From a virus (lineage: Duplodnaviria; Caudoviricetes): a stretch of 41,652 nucleotides of DNA. The notes under the pieces were generated by a model. The model saw only the letters and a program-made list of their open reading frames with translations, was not told the DNA's origin and did not search any database. Shown one piece after another: positions 8,068 to 15,812 of this stretch; position 1 is the first letter of the stretch; the number at the start of each line of letters is the position of its first letter. The position numbers and the translations under genes are program-made. Where the stretch lies: the IMG/VR virus record IMGVR_UViG_3300017700_000447, positions 1 to 41,652 of that record. One strand, 5' to 3'.

Positions 8068-8211
8068 GCAATGCGTCATTGCTTGATCACTGAGAACGCG
8101 CTTAGGCAGGCCTTGCAGGGCTGCTTGGTGAATGTGACGCCATGTGTTTTCCATAGCCTCCAGTCTCGTTTTTTTGTCCAACTTTGAGACGGCAACAGAC
8201 CACAACTCGAC

Positions 8212-8592
8212 ATGACATCTATTGCGCCCTCCCAAATGACACTCAGCTTTGAACCCACGCTACCAGATCGGTTTCCGACGCTGCGTGCATACATTGCTCA
8301 CCGCACACCCTTGCTGGCCAAGTCAGCCAAGGTCATTGCTGGCGATATGGACATGAGCCCGTCCACCCTGAGCCGCAAGCTGAACCCAACCGAAGGCGAC
8401 ACCCAGCGATTCAACCTTGACGACCTTGAGGCGTTCCTTGAATCCACTGGTGACGCTCCAGCAGTTATTGAATACCTCGCCGCGAAATACATGGACAGCC
8501 CAGAGGCGCGCAAGGCGAGGGTGATTTCCAAGGTCGAGCGCCTGACCGAAGAGCTGAGCAACGCCATGAACGCGCTGCGCTCTGCCGCCTAA
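8212..8592 (+). CDS. cII: CII-like transcriptional regulator
   Basis: KVIAGDMDMSPSTLSRKLN HTH; lies between cro and the replication genes. Confidence 0.75.
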   Translation: MTSIAPSQMTLSFEPTLPDRFPTLRAYIAHRTPLLAKSAKVIAGDMDMSPSTLSRKLNPTEGDTQRFNLDDLEAFLESTGDAPAVIEYLAAKYMDSPEARKARVISKVERLTEELSNAMNALRSAA

Positions 8593-8618
8593 CCCCCATA
8601 TACCCAAGGAGAAGAGAC

Positions 8619-8825
8619 ATGGCTCAACTCAGCGATTTCTACAACCGCCTCAGTGCCTACGACCCGCGCAATGACATGCGCTACGAACAAGAACGCCACT
8701 ATCAGGAAATGAACGCGCTGGGGCGTCAATTAGCCATGCAGCAAGAGCCGCCTACTGCCCCGCCAAAACCAATCCCCAACCCCGAGCCAAACCCGGCTCT
8801 TTTACTACTCGGAGAAGACGCATGA
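8619..8825 (+). CDS. Hypothetical phage protein
   Basis: AAGGAG RBS; coupled to the next gene. Confidence 0.75.
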   Translation: MAQLSDFYNRLSAYDPRNDMRYEQERHYQEMNALGRQLAMQQEPPTAPPKPIPNPEPNPALLLLGEDA

Positions 8826-9100
8826 AACTGAAACCATTCAAAGAACTGATTTCCATGTCCAAGGAAAAGCTGAGCGAGGCCATGGCCCCGATTCGCGCCC
8901 GTCAAGTGCGGTCACAAGCCGAACTCGAAATGGCAAAGCTGGACGCCGAACTGGTCACGCTGGAAAGCTCAATTCAAGAAGACTGCGCCAAGGAAACCAT
9001 CGATTTCCCCAAGTTGCTCGACAAGCTGGACAAAGTCGCCTTGCTGGAGCGCCGCAAGAAGCAGTACGCCAAGGTACTTGAAGAGCTGTTTCCAGGCTGA
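8822..9100 (+). CDS. Conserved coiled-coil phage protein
   Basis: ATGA-coupled; helical 92 aa. Confidence 0.8.
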   Translation: MKLKPFKELISMSKEKLSEAMAPIRARQVRSQAELEMAKLDAELVTLESSIQEDCAKETIDFPKLLDKLDKVALLERRKKQYAKVLEELFPG

Positions 9101-9114
9101 AGGATTGCGCGGTC

Positions 9115-9252
9115 ATGACCAAGCCAACCCCACCGCGCACCTTCGTTGCATCAAGTCAGCGAACACCGCTACCAGTGCAAAGCAAACCCCCGGCACGCGG
9201 TGAATCTGCAGAGGTTGCATTGCGTATTCCAAGTCGCGGCGGAAGCTGCTGA
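9115..9252 (+). CDS. Possible small hypothetical protein, 45 aa
   Basis: Translated by hand MTKPTPPRTF...RIPSRGGSC; fills the gap between genes. Confidence 0.45.
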   Translation: MTKPTPPRTFVASSQRTPLPVQSKPPARGESAEVALRIPSRGGSC

Positions 9253-9262
9253 AAGGTTGACT

Positions 9263-9687
9263 ATGAGCGAACAACTGAAGCCCTGCCCGTTTTGTGGCGA
9301 GCAACCACACCCTGAGGCAATGGAGAGCCGGATTTGTTCCTTCTACGTGCATTGCCCTCATTGCGGAATGTGCGGCCCCGAACTCTTAACCAAGGACAAG
9401 GCGGTCTCAGCCTGGAACACCCGCGCCACCCAACCACAAGCACCGCAAGGGGGCTGGCAACCGATTGAGACGGCGCCGGATGAGGGGGTCGCATCCTGCT
9501 GTTTTTCCCCGAGATTGGCCAGACCATTGGCTACTGGCAAAAGGATGAATACGCCGCAAAGCCGCGTCCATATTGGACCCATGACAGAGAGTTCGTCTAC
9601 GGCAGGGCGTTCACTCGAAAAAACCAGCCCAATTACTGGCAGATGGTCCCTGCCGCCCCCACTAAAACACCAGAGGAGCTGGGATGA
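9263..9687 (+). pseudogene. Lar/Ral-family restriction-alleviation domain fused to a DUF551-like domain, frameshifted near the G5 run at 9484-9488
   Basis: LKPCPFCG...CPHCG...AVSAWNTR, then WQPIETAP; the -1 frame continues RILLFFPEIG...NQPNYWQMVPAAP and stops in an ATGA overlap with the next gene. Confidence 0.75.
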
Positions 9688-9863
9688 AGCTCTCTGAACT
9701 CATCCGCGAGTACGTGAACCTCAAGATCGAGGGAGAGCCCAAAAGCAGCGATTGGGTAAGCATCGACGAAAGTTCTTCGCGTCGGCGTGAATACCTCGAC
9801 CGGCTTGAAGAACTGGAAGAGGCCATTGACGACGCCGCTGAAATTGGAAAGGCCAAACCATGA
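9684..9863 (+). CDS. Small hypothetical protein, 59 aa, absent from the ORF track
   Basis: MKLSELIREYVNLKIEGEP...; GAGGAG RBS; ATGA overlap with the next gene. Confidence 0.75.
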   Translation: MKLSELIREYVNLKIEGEPKSSDWVSIDESSSRRREYLDRLEELEEAIDDAAEIGKAKP

Positions 9864-10147
9864 ACGCCTGCGACCAACTCCAGATAGCTTTTGTCCAAAC
9901 CCGAGCCAGGCGCACCGATGGCGACACAAGCAGGGAGGCCGCTAAAGCTGCTGTGAGCCGCAAAGCAGCGTCTGAGCGCCTTGCCATCGTTGCTGCTGTC
10001 AAACAGTCCTTCCTGGGCCTTTCCGCTCGTCAGGTGGCGATGGTGACGGGCATAGATTACATCACCGTTCAGCGCCGAATCAGCGAGTGCGGTCTGACAA
10101 AAACCAAGCGGAGTCGGGACGGTTGCCGCGTGTGGGAGGCGGTATGA
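9860..10147 (+). CDS. Winged-helix DNA-binding protein
   Basis: ARRTDGDTSREAA motif plus LSARQVAMVTGIDYITVQRRISE helix-turn-helix. Confidence 0.8.
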   Translation: MNACDQLQIAFVQTRARRTDGDTSREAAKAAVSRKAASERLAIVAAVKQSFLGLSARQVAMVTGIDYITVQRRISECGLTKTKRSRDGCRVWEAV

Positions 10148-10332
10148 ACTTTCGACTTGGTTGTGCATTCTTCTCGGCACTTAATACAACCATCGCCTTG
10201 GCTTGTGCGGGATTTCTCCTGCGCATATACGAGATGTTGCCGTGGTTTGTCTTGCCGGCCGCAGCGATCCTTCCTCTTGTCAGTGCCGGGTCCGCAGTGT
10301 TTTTTCTCTATCACGCCATAAAAGGTAAGTAA
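10144..10332 (+). CDS. Small membrane protein with two TM segments
   Basis: Coupled ORF, hydrophobic. Confidence 0.65.
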   Translation: MNFRLGCAFFSALNTTIALACAGFLLRIYEMLPWFVLPAAAILPLVSAGSAVFFLYHAIKGK

Positions 10333-11111
10333 TGGCCCGTGCGCGCAACATCAAGCCAGGCTTTTTCACCAACGATGAGTTGGTGGAGCTGAGCTTTGAA
10401 ACACGACTTCTCTTTATCGGGCTTTGGACCATTGCGGACAAAGCTGGCCGTCTGGAAGACAGACCCAAAAAAATAAAGATGGAAGTGTTCCCGGCTGATG
10501 ATGTGGCGATTGCGCCAATGCTTGACGAGCTCGATAGGGCCGGGTTTATCCGTCGTTACACGGTGGATGGCAAGGCTTGCATCGTCGTCAATAACTGGGA
10601 AAAACACCAAGCCCCACATCACACGGAACGTGCATCAACGTTGCCAGAACCTCCAACTAACGGTGATTTAACCGTTAACCCACCGTCTGACTTGCGTGGA
10701 AATCCCCCTGATTCCGGATTCACTGATTCATTGATTCCTGATTCTCTGATTGATGACAAGCCTGCGGCTGTCGCTGCGCCAAAAAAGGCCAAGCCGAGAA
10801 GTGCATTCCCTGAAAACTTTGAACCCAATGAGGCCGGTGTGGCTGCGGCAATCGGGCTGTCCATAAGCGGTGAGCTCGCCGCATTTCGAAATCACCACCT
10901 AGCCAAAGGCTCCCTCATGGCCGATTGGCAGGCCGCATGGCGGACGTGGTGCGGCAATGCACGCAAGTTTGCAAAACCCAGCTCCGAACCCGCATGGCGC
11001 ACAGAACAGCGCGAACGCACCCAAAAAGCCGCCCCCGGTGTAGCAGTCGGCGGCGCCATTCAATTTTTTGAAGCAGAGGTAAAAAATGTCACTCCCCGCG
11101 CCTTGGGTTGA
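10332..11111 (+). CDS. Phage replication initiator (O/DnaT-like)
   Basis: MARARNIKPGFFTNDEL N-terminus, RLLFIGLWTIADKAGRL, C-terminal DWQAAWRTW; internal iteron-like repeats. Confidence 0.85.
   Translation: MARARNIKPGFFTNDELVELSFETRLLFIGLWTIADKAGRLEDRPKKIKMEVFPADDVAIAPMLDELDRAGFIRRYTVDGKACIVVNNWEKHQAPHHTERASTLPEPPTNGDLTVNPPSDLRGNPPDSGFTDSLIPDSLIDDKPAAVAAPKKAKPRSAFPENFEPNEAGVAAAIGLSISGELAAFRNHHLAKGSLMADWQAAWRTWCGNARKFAKPSSEPAWRTEQRERTQKAAPGVAVGGAIQFFEAEVKNVTPRALG
10658..10755. repeat. Putative replication origin inside the initiator gene: AACGGT...ACCGTT inverted repeat and a run of (C/T)TGATTC repeats
   Basis: GATTC-type units repeated about six times over 10709-10752; lambdoid origins lie within the O gene. 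Confidence 0.55.
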
Positions 11112-11547
11112 TCGCATATTCGACAAGCTGACCCTGACCTACGGGCAGGCGTTTCTGCGTCGCTGGCAAGACCTCGACATTCAGGCCGTCAAAGAGGACT
11201 GGGCGCACGAGCTTTCAGGCTTTCAGCAGAGCCCGCAAGCTATCACCTACGCCCTGCAAAACCTTCCGGTTGAGAAGCCGCCCACGGTTCTGGAGTTCCG
11301 CGCCATTTGCCGCAGTCGGCCACCCGAGGTTTTCACAGCACTTCCAACGGTAAAGCTGGACGCTGAGCGACTTGAGGCACATGTCGCAACAGCCCGCCTA
11401 CGCATGCCAAAGCACGCCCCTGGAAACAAAGACTGGGCGCATCGGATCGTCAATCGCCATGCTGCTGGCGACCGAGTTTTGCCGTACACGCTCAAGTGTG
11501 CGCAGGACGCTCTCGGCATCAAGACCGAGGAAAGGCAGGCAGCATGA
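11086..11547 (+). CDS. Replication accessory protein (helicase loader, P-like)
   Basis: Follows the initiator; IFDKLTLTYGQAF...PPTVLEFRAIC motif. Confidence 0.7.
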   Translation: MSLPAPWVDRIFDKLTLTYGQAFLRRWQDLDIQAVKEDWAHELSGFQQSPQAITYALQNLPVEKPPTVLEFRAICRSRPPEVFTALPTVKLDAERLEAHVATARLRMPKHAPGNKDWAHRIVNRHAAGDRVLPYTLKCAQDALGIKTEERQAA

Positions 11548-11753
11548 CCCGCGAATACGCCGCCGTGCAGTTGTTACGCCATGGGCCTTTGACCTATGAG
11601 GAGTTCCGCTGGATTACCTGCTGGACTGAAATCGGAGAGTGCAAAGCCGTCCTTGACCGTCTCGAAAAGCGAAAGATCGTGAGGCGCAGGAATATTTCTG
11701 GCAATACGCTGTATCACGTTGATCCTGCGGCAGTTTCAAGGGTGGCCGCGTGA
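11544..11753 (+). CDS. Small winged-helix-like protein
   Basis: QLLRHGPLT...VLDRLEKRKIV; coupled starts. Confidence 0.65.
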   Translation: MTREYAAVQLLRHGPLTYEEFRWITCWTEIGECKAVLDRLEKRKIVRRRNISGNTLYHVDPAAVSRVAA

Positions 11754-12340
11754 TCCGCACCAAAGCCCCAAAGCCCAAGGTCTGCAAAGTGTGCAAGACC
11801 AAGTTCACCCCACTGCGGCATTTGATGACCGCCCGTGTGTGCTCGCCAATCTGCGGCATGACCTTTGCCAAGTCGCAGCGCGGTAAGGCAGAGAAGGTGC
11901 GCTTGGTCAAGGAAAAGCGGGAGACGAAGGCGAAGCTGGAAAAGCTCAAAACCATAGCCCAGCTGATCGCCGCCGCGCAAATCCCATTTAACGCCTACAT
12001 CCGCCTGCGCGACAAGGAAAAGGGTTGTTTCGTCTGCCTGCGTCCCTTTGAAGACAAGCCAGGCCGAGTCCAACACGCCGGCCATGTTCGCAGCCGTGGT
12101 GCCGCTGGACACCTGCGTTTCAACGAGGACAACTGCCACGGGGAATGCGAGGGCTGCAACGGCCCACACGGTGCCAAGCCGCACGAAATCAAGGCCGGGG
12201 CGATAGCACGTATCGGGCAAGAGCGATTCGACGCCTTGGAGGCTGATAACGAGCCTCACAAGTGGACCAGAGAAGAGCTGATAGACGTAAAAAAACTTTA
12301 CACGGCCAAGGCCAAAGAGTTGAAAGCGAGGCAGGGATGA
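11750..12340 (+). CDS. ninG: NinG/Rap family recombination endonuclease
   Basis: CKVC...CSPIC, FNAYIRLRD, HAGHVRSRGAAGHLRFNEDNCHGECEGCN. Confidence 0.92.
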   Translation: MIRTKAPKPKVCKVCKTKFTPLRHLMTARVCSPICGMTFAKSQRGKAEKVRLVKEKRETKAKLEKLKTIAQLIAAAQIPFNAYIRLRDKEKGCFVCLRPFEDKPGRVQHAGHVRSRGAAGHLRFNEDNCHGECEGCNGPHGAKPHEIKAGAIARIGQERFDALEADNEPHKWTREELIDVKKLYTAKAKELKARQG

Positions 12341-12549
12341 AGATCAAGCGCGTGCTCATGATGGGTCTGCAAATTCGTAGCGTTCATCAATATAGCTTTC
12401 GCTCCGGCGACTGGGCGACGGTTGTTGGGATTGTGAATGTCGAGCCGGAGGGGTGTTCCGCTCGGTTGTGCTGGCATGTTGGGTTTGACGATGGCGAGTA
12501 TGACCACTGGCCGATGCATGAGCACTACGAATTCAGGGAGCCGGCATGA
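12337..12549 (+). CDS. Hypothetical protein
   Basis: ATGA overlaps at both ends. Confidence 0.7.
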   Translation: MKIKRVLMMGLQIRSVHQYSFRSGDWATVVGIVNVEPEGCSARLCWHVGFDDGEYDHWPMHEHYEFREPA

Positions 12550-12656
12550 AGCCCCACATCAAGCGAATTGGTGGCCTGTGGTACTGCGCTGGCGCTGGTC
12601 GAATTTCCTGCAACTACACGCCTTTTGAGGCTTACCGGGATTGGGAGGCGATGTGA
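12546..12656 (+). CDS. Small hypothetical protein, 36 aa (MKPHIKRIGGLWYC...)
   Basis: Translated by hand; coupled at both ends; GGAG RBS. Confidence 0.65.
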   Translation: MKPHIKRIGGLWYCAGAGRISCNYTPFEAYRDWEAM

Positions 12657-13066
12657 GCAAGCGCGTGTTCTTCCTAGTCCACGGCCAAGCCAGAGACGGT
12701 GTAGCAGCTCACGCCCATCTAGCCCCGGACGGCTACATGGTCACGTTTCAGGAGCCAACCCGCAACGCAGACCAGAACGCCAAGTTTCACGCGATCTGCT
12801 CCGATTTGGCCAAGTCAAAAACGCCATGGGCCGGAAAGCCACGGACCGCTGAGCAGTGGAAAGTGCTGCTGGTATCCGCCCACTCCAAAGCCACGGCGGA
12901 GGAGTTCGAGATTGTTCCCGGCCTTGAGGGTGAATTCGTGAACATCCGCGAATCCACCGCTCTCATGAGCGTGAGACGCAGCGCCAGTCTGATTACCTAT
13001 GCGCTGGCGTTCTGCGACATGACAGGGGTTGTTTTGAGTGAGCCACAACACAAGGAGTTTGCATGA
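12653..13066 (+). CDS. ninB: NinB/Orf recombination mediator
   Basis: EPTRNADQNAKFHAIC.DLA, W.G, VPGLEGEFVNIRESTALMS. Confidence 0.9.
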   Translation: MSKRVFFLVHGQARDGVAAHAHLAPDGYMVTFQEPTRNADQNAKFHAICSDLAKSKTPWAGKPRTAEQWKVLLVSAHSKATAEEFEIVPGLEGEFVNIRESTALMSVRRSASLITYALAFCDMTGVVLSEPQHKEFA

Positions 13067-13305
13067 AGTACCTTTTTTGGCCAATCCCATGGATTTTGTT
13101 CGGCATGGGTCACGCCGCGAGTCTCGCCCTGAACTGGGTTTCAAACAAATGGCCTGAGTACGAGTGCGGCTGGATGTACACGGTCTACAACAGGCTGATG
13201 CTTGCCAGCTCAGGTGTTCAGGACTACTTCGGATTTAAGTCGCCATGGGGACCGGCAAATAGCAAGAGCACGGAAGAGGGCTGGGGCCTTGGGATAGGCG
13301 ATTAA
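13063..13305 (+). CDS. Hypothetical protein, possibly membrane-associated
   Basis: AAGGAG RBS, coupled start. Confidence 0.7.
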   Translation: MKYLFWPIPWILFGMGHAASLALNWVSNKWPEYECGWMYTVYNRLMLASSGVQDYFGFKSPWGPANSKSTEEGWGLGIGD

Positions 13306-13361
13306 CTAACCAATGCCGTCGCAGCCCCGGCAACAAGGGTGCACAACTGGAGATTAGAGAA

Positions 13362-13610
13362 ATGACAACTGAAGTACAAAACGGACGCCCTCAGACTTTT
13401 GGCGAGAAGGCCGTGGGGCTTTCGTTCAATCCGAGTAATGACGATTTGGTGACGCAGATCAAAAAACGCTTTGCTGACGAAATTGACGAAATGAACGCCT
13501 TGCGGCTCCGCACAGAAGACCCCGAGGTGAAGCGCTTGGCCAGCATCGCCATCACCGAAACACAGGGCGCGCAGATGTGGGCCGTCAAAGCGGCAACCTG
13601 GAAAAGCTAA
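13362..13610 (+). CDS. Acb2/Tad1-like helical-hairpin protein (putative cyclic-nucleotide sponge)
   Basis: FGEKAVGLSFNPS...IKKRFAD.ID...RLASIAITETQGAQMWAVKAATW matches the R..SLA.T..E.A.MWAVKA signature. Confidence 0.7.
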   Translation: MTTEVQNGRPQTFGEKAVGLSFNPSNDDLVTQIKKRFADEIDEMNALRLRTEDPEVKRLASIAITETQGAQMWAVKAATWKS

Positions 13611-13750
13611 CCCCATGCCACCCTAGGCAGAACCCTAGAAACCCTAGCCGTACTAATAGCCGGAATGGCTGGGTTTTGCCTTGGGCTGTGCAGATTTACG
13701 TTTTCCACCTTGCTCTATACGGGTAGGGATGTTTTGAAGGTTTGGAGGAA

Positions 13751-13996
13751 ATGATGAGTGAAACCAAAGACCGCGAAGAGGCCGCTGAAGTCGAATACAT
13801 CGTTCGAAAGAAGCTTTTGCTGGATGAGTATGAAGGAAGGGTGACGCGATACATGGCCCTGGTGCGACAAAACTACCAACCCGATTGGCCGTTCACAAGC
13901 ATTTTTGACGATGGCGGTGTTGCGTGGCGCGATGCGATGGCAAGAGTTGCTGTTGAGCAAAAAACCAAATTCCCACCCCCTGAGGTAACAGGATGA
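13751..13996 (+). CDS. Hypothetical protein
   Basis: GGAGG RBS; coupled to the next gene. Confidence 0.7.
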   Translation: MMSETKDREEAAEVEYIVRKKLLLDEYEGRVTRYMALVRQNYQPDWPFTSIFDDGGVAWRDAMARVAVEQKTKFPPPEVTG

Positions 13997-14205
13997 GCTG
14001 GGGGGTGGCCACTGGGATCGCAGGCGCTGCAATCCGCGAAAACTTCGAGGACGCGGTTGCGTTGTCAGCCAGGCAGCAAGACGCCCAGCCTGGGGTGAAG
14101 CCGCCCCAGAAACCCCGCGGGGCCTATGAATGCGCTGGTTGTGGCGCCCCTCTATTCGGCGTCATCAACGAAAACTGTCAGTACTGCAAACGCCCCATCA
14201 AATAG
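13993..14205 (+). CDS. Small zinc-ribbon protein (CxxC...CxxC)
   Basis: CAGCGAP...CQYC; ATGA-coupled. Confidence 0.7.
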   Translation: MSWGVATGIAGAAIRENFEDAVALSARQQDAQPGVKPPQKPRGAYECAGCGAPLFGVINENCQYCKRPIK

Positions 14206-14218
14206 CCAGGAATTCCAA

Positions 14219-14572
14219 ATGAGAGAGTCTTCCGGTGTTCTCAAAACCCTGATGGCATTCCAGCCAGACCTAACCCTGACATGCAGGCAACTCGCCGCGG
14301 CATGGGGAGAGCCGACAACTGCAGGCCAGCACAAGGCCAGGATCTACGCCATGCGCTACCGAGGAAAGAAGCTACTCGAAAGAGCCAACCCGAGACACAA
14401 CCCAGCGGCTTACAGGCTGACCCCCGCAGGGCTCCAATTGCTCCAGAACTGGGCCTTGGAAGAGCAGAAGGTAATGACTCCCAAATGTCGCAGCGTGCCT
14501 GCAAACACCACTACAGCCCCTACAGGCCTGGTTAATTCGGTGTTTGCACTTGCTATACATTTGAATATATAA
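14219..14572 (+). CDS. Winged-helix protein, candidate late transcription regulator
   Basis: LTCRQLAAAW helix and YRLTPAG wing motif; last gene before the AT-rich promoter region. Confidence 0.6.
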   Translation: MRESSGVLKTLMAFQPDLTLTCRQLAAAWGEPTTAGQHKARIYAMRYRGKKLLERANPRHNPAAYRLTPAGLQLLQNWALEEQKVMTPKCRSVPANTTTAPTGLVNSVFALAIHLNI

Positions 14573-14573
14573 A

Positions 14574-14601
14574 TTGCATTTATCAGACGATTGAGTAATA
14601 T
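14574..14601 (+). promoter_or_regulatory. Putative late promoter, TTGCAT-N16-TAATAT
   Basis: AT-rich intergenic region upstream of the terminase operon. Confidence 0.5.
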
Positions 14602-14609
14602 GAATTCAG

Positions 14610-14758
14610 CACCCGATGTCACCGTGAACCCGACACGGAGCTGCGGCGGGCAAATCGCAGCGAGGTTTCGCGAATACATCACCGTTCGGGTGGGATGTGA
14701 ACGGCAGCAACCAGCCATTCCGGTAAGTCCGATGGTTGCCCTATCGCGCTAAAGCGCA
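14610..14758 (+). ncRNA. Candidate structured RNA or late leader
   Basis: Several stems visible: CCGTG/CACGG, GCTGCGG/TCGCAGC, GATGT/ACATC, CCGTTC/GAACGG, GCAACCA/TGGTTGC. Confidence 0.5.
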
Positions 14759-14768
14759 GGAGAGACGC

Positions 14769-15047
14769 ATGATTGAGATTGATCAAAGGCTGTTTGCCGA
14801 CGTGGCAGCAGCCATCATCAGCAATAACGCCTATCAGGCCGTCAAGTACGTCAGCCCCAAGCTGACTCTGAAGATCACCCGTCAGCACAAAGCCAAGAGC
14901 CGCGATACACGGGCGACATTCATTGTCACGATGGGCCGGCCGGCATTCCGCGAGGCCGCCCGGATCAAGCAATACCAGAAGTCCGGCGTTGCCTTTCCCA
15001 TCAGGAACATCGAAATCCGGTTCAAGGACTACAAGAAGAAAAAATGA
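14769..15047 (+). CDS. Basic hypothetical protein
   Basis: AGGAG RBS; AVKYVSPKLTLKITR motif. Confidence 0.75.
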   Translation: MIEIDQRLFADVAAAIISNNAYQAVKYVSPKLTLKITRQHKAKSRDTRATFIVTMGRPAFREAARIKQYQKSGVAFPIRNIEIRFKDYKKKK

Positions 15048-15307
15048 GCCGCCTTGTCCAAGCCAAAACAGCCGCGTTCAACGCAAAGCTGAAAGAACGC
15101 TCTACTCCTGAGTTCCAAGAACGCCAGGCGGAACACGAACGCCAGACTGCGGAGTCGAATGCAGGACTGACCGCGCTATTGGCGGCGCACAAGGCCGCAG
15201 GAACAGCCCCAAGCCCTCAAGAGCTGGAGAAATACCCAACACCCTGCGAAAGCCCGCTTGAAGCGCTGAGCCGGGAGATTTACGCGGGGATTGCTGGAAA
15301 TGGCTAA
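15044..15307 (+). CDS. Hypothetical protein
   Basis: Coupled ORF directly before terS. Confidence 0.65.
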   Translation: MSRLVQAKTAAFNAKLKERSTPEFQERQAEHERQTAESNAGLTALLAAHKAAGTAPSPQELEKYPTPCESPLEALSREIYAGIAGNG

Positions 15308-15812
15308 GAAGGAACCCAAGCCAACTGGCAGGCCAAGCACATTCACGGACGACAAGTTCGCCGAGATAGTCGAGCGCATCTCAAACGGCGAGCCGCTTGC
15401 TCAAGTTTGCCGTGATGAACACATGCCAGCGCTGCGGACTGTGTATGACTGGATGGAAGAGAGGCCGAACCTTTCCGCACGGTTCGCACGCGCACGCGAG
15501 GCTGGTTACGACATGATCGCGGTCGATACGCTGCAGATTGCGGACGACTCGCGCAATGACTACATGGAAAAGCTGTCCAGGTCCGGTGATGAGCAGGCTG
15601 TAAAGGCCATGGCTTTTGATGCTGAGCATGTCCAGCGCTCCAAGCTGCGGATTGAGACGCGCCTGAAGTTGCTGGCCAAGTGGGACCCGAAGCGCTACGG
15701 TGAAAAGCTGGCGCTGGGTGGCGCCGACGATCTCCCTCCCATCCGCACGATGACAGACGAACAACTGGACGCCAAGCTGGCGGCACTGCGTGAACGCATT
15801 GTCAAGGGCTGA
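15300..15812 (+). CDS. terS: Terminase small subunit (Sf6 gp1-like)
   Basis: GRPSTFT...ISNGEPLAQVC...PALRTVYDW; RSKLRIETRLKLLAKWDPKRYG. Confidence 0.92.
   Translation: MAKKEPKPTGRPSTFTDDKFAEIVERISNGEPLAQVCRDEHMPALRTVYDWMEERPNLSARFARAREAGYDMIAVDTLQIADDSRNDYMEKLSRSGDEQAVKAMAFDAEHVQRSKLRIETRLKLLAKWDPKRYGEKLALGGADDLPPIRTMTDEQLDAKLAALRERIVKG

Noticed and set aside
14610-14758. Known ribozyme or tRNA
   Set aside because: No hammerhead CUGAUGA/GAAA core, no twister or pistol consensus and no T-loop/CCA recognised by eye; kept only as an unassigned structured RNA
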